This document shows, piece after piece, positions 17,079 through 27,249 of a stretch of DNA of 64,000 nucleotides (its first letter is position 1; each line of letters starts with the position of its first letter). A program made the translations under genes and the position numbers. Source of the stretch: Polyangiales bacterium (lineage in GTDB: Bacteria > Myxococcota_A > Polyangia > Polyangiales > Ga0077539); the NCBI GenBank assembly GCA_044229975.1, contig JBGARZ010000002.1:736001-800000 (forward strand), read 5' to 3'. The notes beneath the pieces were generated by a model. The model ran no database searches. It worked only from the letters and a program-made list of their open reading frames with translations, and was not told the origin of the DNA.

Positions 17079-19172
17079 GTGTCAGGTGTCGTCGACCGCC
17101 GGTTCGTCGTTGGACTCGGGGTCGTACTCGGGGCCGCGCTGCTCACCTTCGCCCCGTCGCTGCTCGGTGACTTCGTCTGGGACGACCAGCTCCTCATCGT
17201 CACCAACGAGCGGGTGCGTCACCTCGGCGAGCTGCCCCACGTCTTCAACCGCAGCTTCTGGGACATCTCCCTCGCCAGCGCCGACGTCCGCGGCGGGTCC
17301 TACTACCGCCCGCTCATCGCGGCCGCGATCGTGCTGGAGTTCCAGCTGTTCGGGCTGCGTGCGTGGGGCTACCACGCGGTCAACGTCGCGCTCCATCTGG
17401 CGTGCACGGCACTCGCCGCGCGGTGGCTCCTCACCCGACTGCGCGAGGACGATCCGGCCGCTCCTTCACCTGTCGCGGCCGCGCTCATCGGAGCGGCGCT
17501 CTTCGCGGTGCACCCCAGCCGCGTCGAGTCCGTCGCCTGGATCTCCGGCTGCACCGACCTCTGGGCCACCCTCTTCGCCCTCGGCGCTCTGTCGGTCTGG
17601 CAGCGCTCGTCGGGTGCTCGCGGTGCCGCCCTCGCGGCGGCGCTCACCCTCGCGGCGGCGCTGTGCAAGGAGTCGGTGCTGCTGCTGCCAATGTTCCTTG
17701 TGGTCGAGCGTCGTCGTCGACCGTGGCGTGACCTCGCGCTCCCGGTCCTCGCCGTCGCGCTCGTCGTCGTCGCGCGCTTCGCCGCCCTGGGGGTAACCGC
17801 GGTCAACCCGTCGGCCGATGAGCCCACGGTCTCCGCCATCGCGCGCGTTCTGTCCTCCGTCGGTCACCTCGCGCGACTCGTCATCGCCCCTTGGCCACCG
17901 ACGGTGATGCCCGCGTTCTTCCGCTTCGACGCTGCAGGGGCGCTCGTCTACGAATCATGGTCGGTCGCGCTGGGTGCTGCCTGCGTCGTCGTCACCCTCG
18001 CGCTGTGGATCGCGTCGCGACGGCGTCCCTCCCTCGCCCCGTGGTCCCGCGACCTCGCCCTCGTCGCGCTCGCGCTGCTGCCGGCGATCAACCTCGTTCC
18101 GCTGCGGCTCCAATCGCTCGTCTCGCCGCGCTTCCTCTACCTCCCGATGCTCGGCGTCGCGGCGCTCGTCGCCCGCGCGCTCTCCCGCGTCCCCACGGCG
18201 CAGACCCGCGTGGCCACCCTCGCGAGCGGTGCGGCGCTGGTGCTCTGCGCGTCACTGGTCGTCCAACACACGGCTGCCTTCGCGTCGTCGGCCGACCTCT
18301 GGTCCTGGGAGGTCGACCAGAACCCCGACAACCACTTCGCCCTCAAGGCCCTGTCCATCGCTCGCACGCGACAGCACCGCCCCGACCAGGCGCTGCAACT
18401 CTCCCTCCGCGCCTTCGCCGCGGCCGGGCGCCTTCACGCCCACCAGGCGCAGGTCGATCGCGCGCTCGATGTCGTCAGTCGCCTGAGCGACCTCACCCCC
18501 GAGGCCGACCAGGCCACCCTCACCGCGATTCGCACCTTCCTTGAGGCGTTTGCCCCCGATCGCTCGGGCCCCGCAGAGCTCACGACCCGCACCCTCCACC
18601 TGCGCCTCGCGCTCAACGCCGCCGACCGCGACGGGCGCGTTCGACATGCGTGGCGCATCCCGTACGCGATCGCCCTCGCCCGCACGCTCCGCTACCGGGA
18701 GGCCGAGGAGACGCTGCGAACCATCGTGCGCGACCAGCCCCGCGACTCGCTCGCGTGGCGCAACCTCCTCCTCGTCACCGCCTGCCAGGAGCGATGGGAC
18801 GACGCGGCCACCGCGTGCGCCCCTGCCCTCGCCGCCAACCCGACGGACGCCGGCGCCCGTCACCTGTGCGACGCGATCGCGACCGCCGCGCGAACTTCGC
18901 GAAGCCTCCCCGCCGACCCCGTCAACGCCCTCGTCACGCGGAGCAACCTGCTCCTCTCGGTCGGCGCACGGGAGCTGGTCCGCCGCCTGGTCGGTCCCGC
19001 CGCGGCGATTCACCCTGACCGCCGCGACCTCGCGTTGCTCCTCGTGAGGGCAGACCTCGCCGATGGGCTCCTCGACCGCGCGCGCGGACAACTCGACGCA
19101 CTCCGCCCTCTCGGGTCGACGCCCGAGACCAATGCGATCCGTGCGGAGCTCGATCGCCGCAGCGGTCGGTGA
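17079..19172 (+). CDS. TMTC-like GT-C membrane glycosyltransferase (putative protein O-mannosyltransferase) with C-terminal TPR-like helices
   Basis: GDFVWDD, YYRPL, YHAVNVALH, LFAVHP..VESVAWISG, CKES, RFLYLP; many TM segments. Confidence 0.8.
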   Translation: MSGVVDRRFVVGLGVVLGAALLTFAPSLLGDFVWDDQLLIVTNERVRHLGELPHVFNRSFWDISLASADVRGGSYYRPLIAAAIVLEFQLFGLRAWGYHAVNVALHLACTALAARWLLTRLREDDPAAPSPVAAALIGAALFAVHPSRVESVAWISGCTDLWATLFALGALSVWQRSSGARGAALAAALTLAAALCKESVLLLPMFLVVERRRRPWRDLALPVLAVALVVVARFAALGVTAVNPSADEPTVSAIARVLSSVGHLARLVIAPWPPTVMPAFFRFDAAGALVYESWSVALGAACVVVTLALWIASRRRPSLAPWSRDLALVALALLPAINLVPLRLQSLVSPRFLYLPMLGVAALVARALSRVPTAQTRVATLASGAALVLCASLVVQHTAAFASSADLWSWEVDQNPDNHFALKALSIARTRQHRPDQALQLSLRAFAAAGRLHAHQAQVDRALDVVSRLSDLTPEADQATLTAIRTFLEAFAPDRSGPAELTTRTLHLRLALNAADRDGRVRHAWRIPYAIALARTLRYREAEETLRTIVRDQPRDSLAWRNLLLVTACQERWDDAATACAPALAANPTDAGARHLCDAIATAARTSRSLPADPVNALVTRSNLLLSVGARELVRRLVGPAAAIHPDRRDLALLLVRADLADGLLDRARGQLDALRPLGSTPETNAIRAELDRRSGR

Positions 19173-19187
19173 CGGTATAGTCGCGGC

Positions 19188-20438
19188 GTGAACCGCCCAC
19201 GCATCCTGGTGCTGCTCGCAGGGTACGCCCTCGCGGGATGTGACGACGCTCCCACTCCGTCGACCGACGCCGCAACGACCGACGTCGTGATCGCCAACGA
19301 CCTCGGAGACGCCGCGAGCGATGCGACCATCGCCGAGGACGTCGCGACGGTGGACGATCTCCCGGTCGCTCCACGCGATGTGATCCCGCCCGTCGACCTC
19401 GGCTCAGGGCCCCTCGATCCGACGAGCTGGCCCGTTGATCGTGCCGGTCCGTACCGCGTCGGCTACCGAACCTTCCCGCACACGTACACGCCGCGCGGGT
19501 CGACGACGCCACGCACCATCCCGCTCCACGTCTGGTACCCGACGCTCGTCGCCGAGGGGCGCACGCCGACGTACGCGCTCATCTTCCCCGACCGCGAGTC
19601 GTACATCGACGCGCCGCCCGCTCCGCCGGCGCACCCGCGCGGCTACCCCGTGCACGTCTACTCGCACGGACACCGCGGCTTCGGCCCGACCAGCGCCTTC
19701 CTCATGCGCTACTTCGCGTCGCACGGATGGCTCTGCGTCGCGCCCGATCACACGGGCAACACACTGCTGGAGTCGCCCGACCCGCGACCCATCCAGATCT
19801 ACTACTATCGCTCGCTCGACGTGAGCGCCGCGCTCGACGCCGTCTCCAACCTCCCGTCGACCGACCCCCTCTCGGGCCGCCTCGACACGCGCGCGGCGCT
19901 GCTCTCCGGCCACTCCTTCGGGACGCACACCGTCTGGGCCAGCGCGGGCGCCACCTTCGATCTCAACGCGCTCAGCCCGATGTGCACCACCGCCAACAAT
20001 TGCCGCCCGGCCGACCTCGACGAGTTCCGCCGTGGGGTCGCGGACCCACGCTTCACCGCGGTGATTCCAATGGCGGGCGCCATCAGCCGCGACTGGTTCG
20101 GCCCCGCCGGGCACGAGTCGGTGCGCGTCCCGGTCTTCGCCATGAGCGGCACCGACGACCCCGTCGGCGCCGACACGCAGTTCATGACCACCGCCGGCGT
20201 CGACCTCACGTGGATCGACGTCCGCAACGGCTGCCACCAGTTCTTCGCGCTGGGGCACTGCCCCCTCATCGACGACTCGCTCCAGGCGCCAATCGTCGGC
20301 ACCTACGCCCTCGCGTTCGCGCGACGTCACCTCCTCGGCGACACCAGTTCGACCACCTTGGGCATCCTCGATGGCAGCCGTCCGGTGCATGAGCGGGTGA
20401 CATTCCGCAGGCACGGGCCATCGACCCGCGACGAGTGA
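19188..20438 (+). CDS. Lipoprotein alpha/beta hydrolase (PAF-acetylhydrolase/dienelactone hydrolase-like)
   Basis: Lipobox LAGC; VWYP, YSHG, APDHTGN, nucleophile elbow GHSFG. Confidence 0.82.
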   Translation: MNRPRILVLLAGYALAGCDDAPTPSTDAATTDVVIANDLGDAASDATIAEDVATVDDLPVAPRDVIPPVDLGSGPLDPTSWPVDRAGPYRVGYRTFPHTYTPRGSTTPRTIPLHVWYPTLVAEGRTPTYALIFPDRESYIDAPPAPPAHPRGYPVHVYSHGHRGFGPTSAFLMRYFASHGWLCVAPDHTGNTLLESPDPRPIQIYYYRSLDVSAALDAVSNLPSTDPLSGRLDTRAALLSGHSFGTHTVWASAGATFDLNALSPMCTTANNCRPADLDEFRRGVADPRFTAVIPMAGAISRDWFGPAGHESVRVPVFAMSGTDDPVGADTQFMTTAGVDLTWIDVRNGCHQFFALGHCPLIDDSLQAPIVGTYALAFARRHLLGDTSSTTLGILDGSRPVHERVTFRRHGPSTRDE

Positions 20439-22156
20439 TGGGGCAATTGTTGTCTATACTCGCGACGTTCATTCCCGCCGCACGGAGGTCTCCCTTGCGC
20501 CCCGCCCATCGCTGGTCCCTCGCCCTCGCCGCGCTGTTTGTGGCTTCGTGCAACGAGACGCCGACGCCAATGGCGACCCCTGATGCAGGCGTCGCGCAGC
20601 CCCCCGCGAGCGTGGCGTTTACGCCGGTCGAGCCGGTGCTTCGTCGGCTCACCCGCGCGCAGTACATCAACACGATCCACGACCTCTTCGGCGACGACGT
20701 GCTCATCTCGCGTCCCACCGAACCCGACGTCCCGCTCGAAGGGTCCATCTCCGTCGCCGCGGCCACCACGAGCCTCTCGCCGCGCGGCGTTGAGCAGTAC
20801 GAGGCCCTCGCCTACGACCTCGCCGAACAGCTCCTGCGCAACGAGGCCCGCCGCGCCCGCGTCGTCCCCTGCACGCCCACCGCCACCACCGATCCGGTCT
20901 GTGCCGATCGCTTCGTGCGCGAGGCCGGTCGACGCCTCTGGCGACGCCCGCTCACGGACGCCGAAGCGACCGCGCTCGTGACTCTCGCGGGCAACGCCGC
21001 CACCACGCTCACCGACTTCCACCGGGGCCTCGAATACGCGCTCTCGGCGATGCTCCAGTCGCCGCACTTCCTCTTCCGCGCTGAGCTCGCCGAGCCTGCC
21101 GTGGCCGGCGAGCCAGCGCGCTTCAGCCCCTTCTCCCTCGCCTCGCGCCTCGCCTTCTTCCTCTGGAACGGTCCCGCCGACGACGCCCTCCTCACCGCCG
21201 CGGCCGACGGGCGCCTCGCGACCGACGACGGCCTGCGCGCCGAGGTCGAGCGCATGATCGCCTCCCCGAAGCTCAACCGCGGGCTGCGCGCCTTCGTCTC
21301 CGAGTGGCTCGGTCTCCAGCGCCTCGATGAGGTCTCCAAAGACCCGACCATCTTCCCGTCGTTCGGCGCCGATGTCCCGGGCGCCGCTCGCGAAGAGACA
21401 CTCTCTCTCGCCGAGCACATCGCCCTCACCCGCGATTCTGACTTCCGCGACATCCTCGTGACCCGCGAGACCTTCCTCAACCGCCGCCTCGCGGCGATCT
21501 ACAACGTGCGCGCTCCCTCCGAGGTGCGGGCCGACGGCTTCGGCCTCGCCACGCTCGCCGAAGACTCCCCTCGTCGCGGTCTGCTCGGCCACCTGAGCGT
21601 GCTGGCCCTCGCCGCGCACCCGGTTTCCACCTCGCCCACGCTGCGCGGGAAGTTCGTCCGCGAGGCGCTGCTCTGCAACGAGATCCCGATGCCGCCGGTC
21701 AACGTCAACACCGCGCTCCCCGAACCGTCGCCGCAGCTCCGCACCATGCGCGAGCGGCTCCAGCGCCACCAGGCCGAGCCGTCGTGTGCCTCGTGCCACC
21801 TCCTGCTCGACCCCATCGGGCTCGCGCTCGAACACTTCGACGGCATGGGCCGCTACCGCCGCACCGACCAGGGCGCGACCCTCGATGCGAGCGGCAACCT
21901 CGACGGCGTGACCTACCGCGACGCGCTCGGGCTCGGCCAGACGGTGCGCGACTCGGTGGCCTTCCCGCGCTGCCTTACGACGCGCCTCTACCGCTTCGCC
22001 TACGGCCACCACGAGGCGGAGGGCGAAGAGGCCGAGATCGGGCGCCTCACCCAGGACTTCGCGTATGGCGGCTACCGCCTGCGCCGATTGATGTCGTCCA
22101 TCGCCACCAGCGTCGCCTTCCGCCGCGCCGACGGCACCACCGGGAGCAACCCGTGA
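20438..22156 (+). CDS. DUF1587/1595/1592/1588/1585 (PSD/PSCyt) domain lipoprotein with heme-c motif
   Basis: LRRLTRAQY.NTI.DL, LQSPHFLFR, LASRLAFFLW, TSPTLRG, CASCH..LDPIG..LEHFD. Confidence 0.9.
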   Translation: MGQLLSILATFIPAARRSPLRPAHRWSLALAALFVASCNETPTPMATPDAGVAQPPASVAFTPVEPVLRRLTRAQYINTIHDLFGDDVLISRPTEPDVPLEGSISVAAATTSLSPRGVEQYEALAYDLAEQLLRNEARRARVVPCTPTATTDPVCADRFVREAGRRLWRRPLTDAEATALVTLAGNAATTLTDFHRGLEYALSAMLQSPHFLFRAELAEPAVAGEPARFSPFSLASRLAFFLWNGPADDALLTAAADGRLATDDGLRAEVERMIASPKLNRGLRAFVSEWLGLQRLDEVSKDPTIFPSFGADVPGAAREETLSLAEHIALTRDSDFRDILVTRETFLNRRLAAIYNVRAPSEVRADGFGLATLAEDSPRRGLLGHLSVLALAAHPVSTSPTLRGKFVREALLCNEIPMPPVNVNTALPEPSPQLRTMRERLQRHQAEPSCASCHLLLDPIGLALEHFDGMGRYRRTDQGATLDASGNLDGVTYRDALGLGQTVRDSVAFPRCLTTRLYRFAYGHHEAEGEEAEIGRLTQDFAYGGYRLRRLMSSIATSVAFRRADGTTGSNP

Positions 22157-23463
22157 AGACCCGCATCCACCGACGAACGCTCCTCAAGGGTCTGCTGGGC
22201 GGGGCCGCGGTCTCCATCGGGCTGCCGCCGCTCGAGTGCTTCCTCAACACCACCGGCACGGCCTACGCGGGCGGCAGCGCGTTTCCCAAGCGCTTCGGGG
22301 TGTTCTTCTGGGGCAACGGCGTGCTCCCCGCCCGCTGGACGCCGACCGGCGAGGGCAACGACTACACGCTGTCGCCGCAGCTCATGCCGCTGGCCGACCT
22401 CAAGCCCGACCTCGCGGTCATCACCGCGACGCGCGTGCTCACCACCAACACCGCCCCGCACCTCTCCGGGCCGGCGGGCCTCTTCAGCGGCCAGGGCCTG
22501 CGCGGCGAGAGCTTCGCGAGCCCCAGCATCGACCAGGTCATCGCCGCCGAGCTCGGCGGCGAGACGCGCTTCCGCTCGCTGGAGATCGGCGTGCAGCGCT
22601 CCGACAACAGCTACTCGTACAGCGGCCCGAGCCAGGTGAACCCGCCGGAGACCTCGCCTCGCGCGCTCTTCAACCGCTTGTTCGGTGAGGGGTTTCGCCT
22701 GCCCGGCGAGATGACCATGGTCGACCCGCGGGTGCGCCTGCGCCGCAGTGTGCTCGACGCGGTGATGGGTCAGTCGTCCGACCTCCGCAACCGCCTCGGC
22801 GCCACCGACCGCGCGCGCCTCGACCAGCACCTCGAAGGCGTGCGCGGCCTCGAACGCCAGATCGCCCGCCTCGAAGAGAACCCGCCCAACCTCGCCGCGT
22901 GCCGCCGCCCCGACATGCCCGCGGAGATGTTCCCCGACGTCGACGGTCGCCCGCAGATGTCGGCCATCTCGCACGCCATGTCCGATCTCATGGCGATGGC
23001 CCTCGCGTGCGACCAGACCCGCGTGTTCTTCAACATGTACAGCCAGTCGGTGAACAACACGCTCTTCCCCGCGGCGCCCGCGGGTCACCACCAGCTCACC
23101 CACGACGAGCCCGGCGACCAGCCGCAGGTCGACGCCATCGTGCGGCTCATCATGGCCGACCTCGCGTACTTCCTCACCGCGCTGCGCAACGTGCAGGAGG
23201 GCGATGGCAACGTGCTGAAGCACTCCATCATCCTGTGCACCACCGACTGCTCCTACGGGCGCTCGCACTCGCTCGACGACTACCCCATCGTCATCGCGGG
23301 CAGCGGCGGCGGCGCGCTCCGCACGGGGCATCACGTCGTCGCGCGCGGCGAAAACTCCAGCAAGGTGATGCTCTCCATCCTTCGCGCGATGGGCGTGCGA
23401 GCGAGCGAGTACGGCCTCGGCGCCGGACGCACCACCGACGCGCTCCCGGGGTTGTCGCCATGA
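22153..23463 (+). CDS. DUF1552 (HXXSHH) protein with Tat signal
   Basis: IHRRTLLKG Tat motif, SIDQVIA, RRSVLD, ALACDQTRV, HHQLTH; GTGA overlap with the upstream gene. Confidence 0.9.
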   Translation: MKTRIHRRTLLKGLLGGAAVSIGLPPLECFLNTTGTAYAGGSAFPKRFGVFFWGNGVLPARWTPTGEGNDYTLSPQLMPLADLKPDLAVITATRVLTTNTAPHLSGPAGLFSGQGLRGESFASPSIDQVIAAELGGETRFRSLEIGVQRSDNSYSYSGPSQVNPPETSPRALFNRLFGEGFRLPGEMTMVDPRVRLRRSVLDAVMGQSSDLRNRLGATDRARLDQHLEGVRGLERQIARLEENPPNLAACRRPDMPAEMFPDVDGRPQMSAISHAMSDLMAMALACDQTRVFFNMYSQSVNNTLFPAAPAGHHQLTHDEPGDQPQVDAIVRLIMADLAYFLTALRNVQEGDGNVLKHSIILCTTDCSYGRSHSLDDYPIVIAGSGGGALRTGHHVVARGENSSKVMLSILRAMGVRASEYGLGAGRTTDALPGLSP

Positions 23464-24338
23464 AGGTCCTCTCCCGCTTCGCCCTCCTACCGATGCTCGT
23501 CACGGCCCTTGGCTGTGGGGGCGACGTCGACGCGCCCGATCCCTTCGCGGGCCCGGTTCCGGCCACGTGTCCGACCACGGGTGGCGAGCAGTCCATGGTG
23601 CTCACGCGCCTCGTGCTGTTGAAGCAGGAGCCCGCCGGCGTGTCGCCGGGCTTCGACCTCGACGGGCGCGTCAGCGGCAGCGACGACACGGCCTCGTGCC
23701 GACGACGCGACCTCACCTCCCCCGAAGGAACGCCCGGCATCGACAACCAGTTCTCACTGCTGGTCCCCGCGCTGGAGACCGCCACCGCGGGCGCGCTCCC
23801 GGCGCTGCTTCAGGCCGCCATCAACAACGGCCAGCTCATGATCGCGATCTCCATCGAGGGCCTCGACGACCGTCGCAACGACCCCTGCGTCACGCTGGTC
23901 TTCCGCCGTGTGTCGGGCTCCCCCTTCGTCGGCAGCGACATGCGCATCGACCCGGGTCAGACCTTCGACACGATGCGCGACCAGGCCATCACCAGGGTGT
24001 CCGCACGCATGCGCGACGGCGTCATCGAGGCGGGGCCGTTCTTCCTCCCGCTGCCCTTTGCGGCGCTCGATGCTCGCTTCATCATCCCGCTGTCCAACGC
24101 CCGCGTGCGCCTCCGCCTGAAGGACGACGACACCTTCGACGGCGTCGTCGGCGGCGCCATCCCGGCGGGCGAGATCATCACCATCGCCCAGGGCCTCACC
24201 ATCGGCGGCGACCTGATGAGCCTCGTGCAGCGCTTGGTGAACTCGCTCGTCGACCTCAACCCCGACGCCAACGGCAACTGCCAGTCCATCTCGGCGGCCC
24301 TCGGCTTCGAGGCCCGCCCCGCCTTCGTCAATCCGTAG
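23460..24338 (+). CDS. Hypothetical lipoprotein (paralog of 61316-62479)
   Basis: ATGA overlap; lipobox ALGC; GFDLDGR, GIDNQ and NDPCV motifs. Confidence 0.8.
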   Translation: MKVLSRFALLPMLVTALGCGGDVDAPDPFAGPVPATCPTTGGEQSMVLTRLVLLKQEPAGVSPGFDLDGRVSGSDDTASCRRRDLTSPEGTPGIDNQFSLLVPALETATAGALPALLQAAINNGQLMIAISIEGLDDRRNDPCVTLVFRRVSGSPFVGSDMRIDPGQTFDTMRDQAITRVSARMRDGVIEAGPFFLPLPFAALDARFIIPLSNARVRLRLKDDDTFDGVVGGAIPAGEIITIAQGLTIGGDLMSLVQRLVNSLVDLNPDANGNCQSISAALGFEARPAFVNP

Positions 24339-24344
24339 CCTCCT

Positions 24345-25853
24345 TCACGCCGCCGCGGAAGATACGCGCGACGCGTTGGCGAGCCGCGACGCGGCGACCC
24401 ACGCCACCGCCATGATCGAGTGCTGCGGGTTCACCCCGAGGTTGGTCGGAAACACGCTCGCATCCATCACATGCAGCCCCTGGACGTCGTGCACCGCGAG
24501 GTCGGCGTCGACGACGCTGCGACGCGGATCGCTCCCGGCGCAGGCCGTACCAAAGAGGTGCGACGCGATCATGTTGAGTTGCTGCGGGCGGATGGTGAGG
24601 CCCTCGATGGCCTCCACCTCGTCGACGCCCTTGAGCACGGACTTGAAGCCGCCGATGCCCGGGATGACCTCCTCGGCACCCGCCGCGAACATCATCCGGC
24701 ACATGAGCGCGACGCCGTAGCGGATGCGCTCCATATCCTTCGCGTTGGGGACGTAGTGGACGGCGGCGCCGCTGCCGCCACCGAAGAGCGCGGGTCGCAC
24801 CCGGCCGTGGGCCTCGGCGCGGCACACGATGCTCCACTGGGCGTAGTGGTCCATCTCGACGAGTCGACGCTGCCACACGCCGCCCGCGCCAGGCAGCCGC
24901 GGGGCTAGGAGCTCTGGCGGGAGCGAGAGGCTCTCGACCTTGATGCGTCGGTCGCGCAGCGGAACCTCGTAGCCCTGCGTGGCGCCGAAGCTCATGCCGA
25001 TGGGGTCGGCGAACCGCCCTACCACCGCGCATCCCGGGTGTGCCTGAAAGCGCTCGCCCACCATCCCCCGCAGCCCGCTGCGTCGAAGGATCACCGGCGT
25101 CTGCACGGCGCTCGCGCTCACGATCACCGCGCGCCGCGCCATCACCCGCAGCACTGCCACGGGCCGCCGCGTCTCGGGGTCGACCAGCACGCCCTCGACG
25201 CCGACGGCGCGGCCCCACTCCATCAGCACCCGATCGATGCGCGCCATCGTCATGAGCCGCGCGCCGTCGTTGATCGCGCGCGGGACGTACGACACGTCCA
25301 TGCTCTGCCGCGCCTCGCCGGGGCAGCCCTGGAGGCAGCGCGCGGTGCCCTTGCAGCGCGACGAGTTGCGGCTGATGGGCTTGCCCGGGAGGCCCATGAC
25401 CTTGCACGCCTCGGCCATGCGCTCGGCGTTGCCGCCCCACAGCGAGGGCGGCGTCTCGGTCACTTCAAGGTCGCGCTCGATGTTGTCGAAGGCGTCGTCG
25501 AGCGCATGACGCTCCATGAGGTGGGCGAGACCGTGCTCGTTGATCCACTGGTCGCGGACGTCTTCAGGGAGGCGCCAGATGATGCCCGAGTTGATGGCGG
25601 TGGCCCCGCCGACACAGCGCCCCTGGAGGAGCGGCAGCGGGTACGAGCCGCGCGTGGTCGCCGTCGCGAAGTCGCGGAACGCGAGGGCCATGGCGTCGAG
25701 CACCTCGGCGGGTCGCTCGGCCGTGCGGAGCTGTGGTCCCTCTTCGAGCATGAGCACATCGTGACCGGCGGAGGCGAGAACCCTCGCCGCGGTGGCGCCA
25801 CCCGCACCGGTGCCCACGATGACGAAGTCGGCGATGTCGTCGACGACCCTCAT
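24345..25853 (-). CDS. GMC family oxidoreductase
   Basis: VGTGAGG, GRCVGGATAINSG, SHLFGT, DASVFPT.LGVNPQ. Confidence 0.9.
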   Translation of the reverse strand: MRVVDDIADFVIVGTGAGGATAARVLASAGHDVLMLEEGPQLRTAERPAEVLDAMALAFRDFATATTRGSYPLPLLQGRCVGGATAINSGIIWRLPEDVRDQWINEHGLAHLMERHALDDAFDNIERDLEVTETPPSLWGGNAERMAEACKVMGLPGKPISRNSSRCKGTARCLQGCPGEARQSMDVSYVPRAINDGARLMTMARIDRVLMEWGRAVGVEGVLVDPETRRPVAVLRVMARRAVIVSASAVQTPVILRRSGLRGMVGERFQAHPGCAVVGRFADPIGMSFGATQGYEVPLRDRRIKVESLSLPPELLAPRLPGAGGVWQRRLVEMDHYAQWSIVCRAEAHGRVRPALFGGGSGAAVHYVPNAKDMERIRYGVALMCRMMFAAGAEEVIPGIGGFKSVLKGVDEVEAIEGLTIRPQQLNMIASHLFGTACAGSDPRRSVVDADLAVHDVQGLHVMDASVFPTNLGVNPQHSIMAVAWVAASRLANASRVSSAAA

Positions 25854-26305
25854 CACGCGGCCTCGGCGGTTGGCGTGAAGAGCGGCAGCGCGATGCGGGT
25901 GGGCGCGGAGACCAATGGGACGCGGCGCTCGTGGTTGGTGCGCGCGCGCGCCGAGGCCACGCGGAAGATGGACATGGACGCTGCGAGCTTGAGCAGCATC
26001 CCCATGCCGCGAAGGAGGATGAAGTCGTTGCCGCAGAAGCGCGCGAGCAGCGCCGAGCGATCGGCGGGCGCGAGGGACGCGAAGGAGGTGAGCCGCCCCA
26101 GCATGAAGAGCGGCGAGAGCATCACCACCACCACCGAGGCGCGCATCCCGAGCTGCGCGATGGCGCTCGACGCGTTGTACATGCGGGTCGCCCCCGCCAC
26201 GAAGTCGACCTCACCCGGCGCGAGCGTGAACCCCCCGGCGCCGGGGTCGACGAACGACGAGAGAACGACTGAGAGCCAGCGATGTTCGACGCGAGTCATG
26301 GTCAT
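25853..26305 (-). CDS. Small partner protein of the GMC oxidoreductase (gluconate 2-dehydrogenase subunit 3-like)
   Basis: TGATG coupling to the GMC gene; FASLAPADR motif. Confidence 0.6.
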   Translation of the reverse strand: MTMTRVEHRWLSVVLSSFVDPGAGGFTLAPGEVDFVAGATRMYNASSAIAQLGMRASVVVVMLSPLFMLGRLTSFASLAPADRSALLARFCGNDFILLRGMGMLLKLAASMSIFRVASARARTNHERRVPLVSAPTRIALPLFTPTAEAA

Positions 26306-26308
26306 GGC

Positions 26309-27058
26309 TTAGGTCTCCTGCGAGGCGGGGTCAGAACCGAAGGCCGCCCGCAGGCGAGCCAGCATGTGGCGGTCGAGGCGCTCGATGAGCACCCGGGCGA
26401 AGCGACGCGCGCGGCCGCCATCGCGACGTTCGATGAGGTCGAGGACGCGGTCGTAGAAGCTCAGCGTCGCGTCGGCCTGCACCAGGAACGCGAGTTCGAT
26501 GCCGGGCTGCCGGTCGAGCATCCGGGCGATGGAGTTGGCGACGAGCACGAGGGCGGCGTTGTGCGTCGCGGTCGCGAAGCGCCGGGCGAGCGCGAGGTCG
26601 GACGCGATGTAGCGGGACGGCTCGTCGCGTAGTCCGCGCTGCACCGAGACATGTGATCGCAGCGCGAGGAGCTCGTCCGCGGTGCACCGTTCGGCCGCGA
26701 GCCCGATGGCCTCGACCGCGAGCATGCGGCGCAACTCCATGAGGTCGGCCAACAGCGCTACCGGGTCGCCCGCGACGTGGACGTCGGGCGCTGCCATGTG
26801 AACCAGAAGCTCGACCCCGCCCGTCTCGCGGAAGTCCAACACGAGCGTTCCCGAACCGTGCACCGCCCGCAGCAGCCCCTCGCCCTGCAGCTGCGTGATG
26901 GCCGCTCGCAGCGTCGCCCGGCTCACCCCGAGACGCGCCGACAGCTCCCGCTCGCCGGGCAACTTGGAGCCGGCCCCGTACTCACCGCGCAGGATCGATC
27001 CCCGCAACGAGGCGGCCGCAACGTCGTCAGCGCGGGTGTTGGAAGAGGGGGCGTTCAT
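26309..27058 (-). CDS. GntR/FadR family transcriptional regulator
   Basis: GSKLPGERELSARLGVSRATLRAA...HGSGT wHTH plus FCD-like C-domain; ATG 27058. Confidence 0.9.
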   Translation of the reverse strand: MNAPSSNTRADDVAAASLRGSILRGEYGAGSKLPGERELSARLGVSRATLRAAITQLQGEGLLRAVHGSGTLVLDFRETGGVELLVHMAAPDVHVAGDPVALLADLMELRRMLAVEAIGLAAERCTADELLALRSHVSVQRGLRDEPSRYIASDLALARRFATATHNAALVLVANSIARMLDRQPGIELAFLVQADATLSFYDRVLDLIERRDGGRARRFARVLIERLDRHMLARLRAAFGSDPASQET

Positions 27059-27069
27059 CGAGGGCTCTG

Positions 27070-27084
27070 ACTGGTCTGACCAGT
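27070..27084. promoter_or_regulatory. FadR-type operator ACTGGTC-T-GACCAGT
   Basis: Perfect 7-1-7 palindrome 11 bp upstream of the regulator start; matches the FadR consensus core AACTGGTCnGACCAGTT. Confidence 0.85.
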
Positions 27085-27249
27085 TGAGAGCCAGTGCGTA
27101 ACACGCGTAGCACCCCACGCGCAAGGCACGACGCGATGTGGGCCCATCTTCGGTCAGATGGCGGTGAACGCGGCGCGTCGACCACCGCCACGGCTTCGTG
27201 GCAGGCGAACGGTGGGTGGCAGTGTCGAGGGCTTGGAGGAGGGCCGCGG

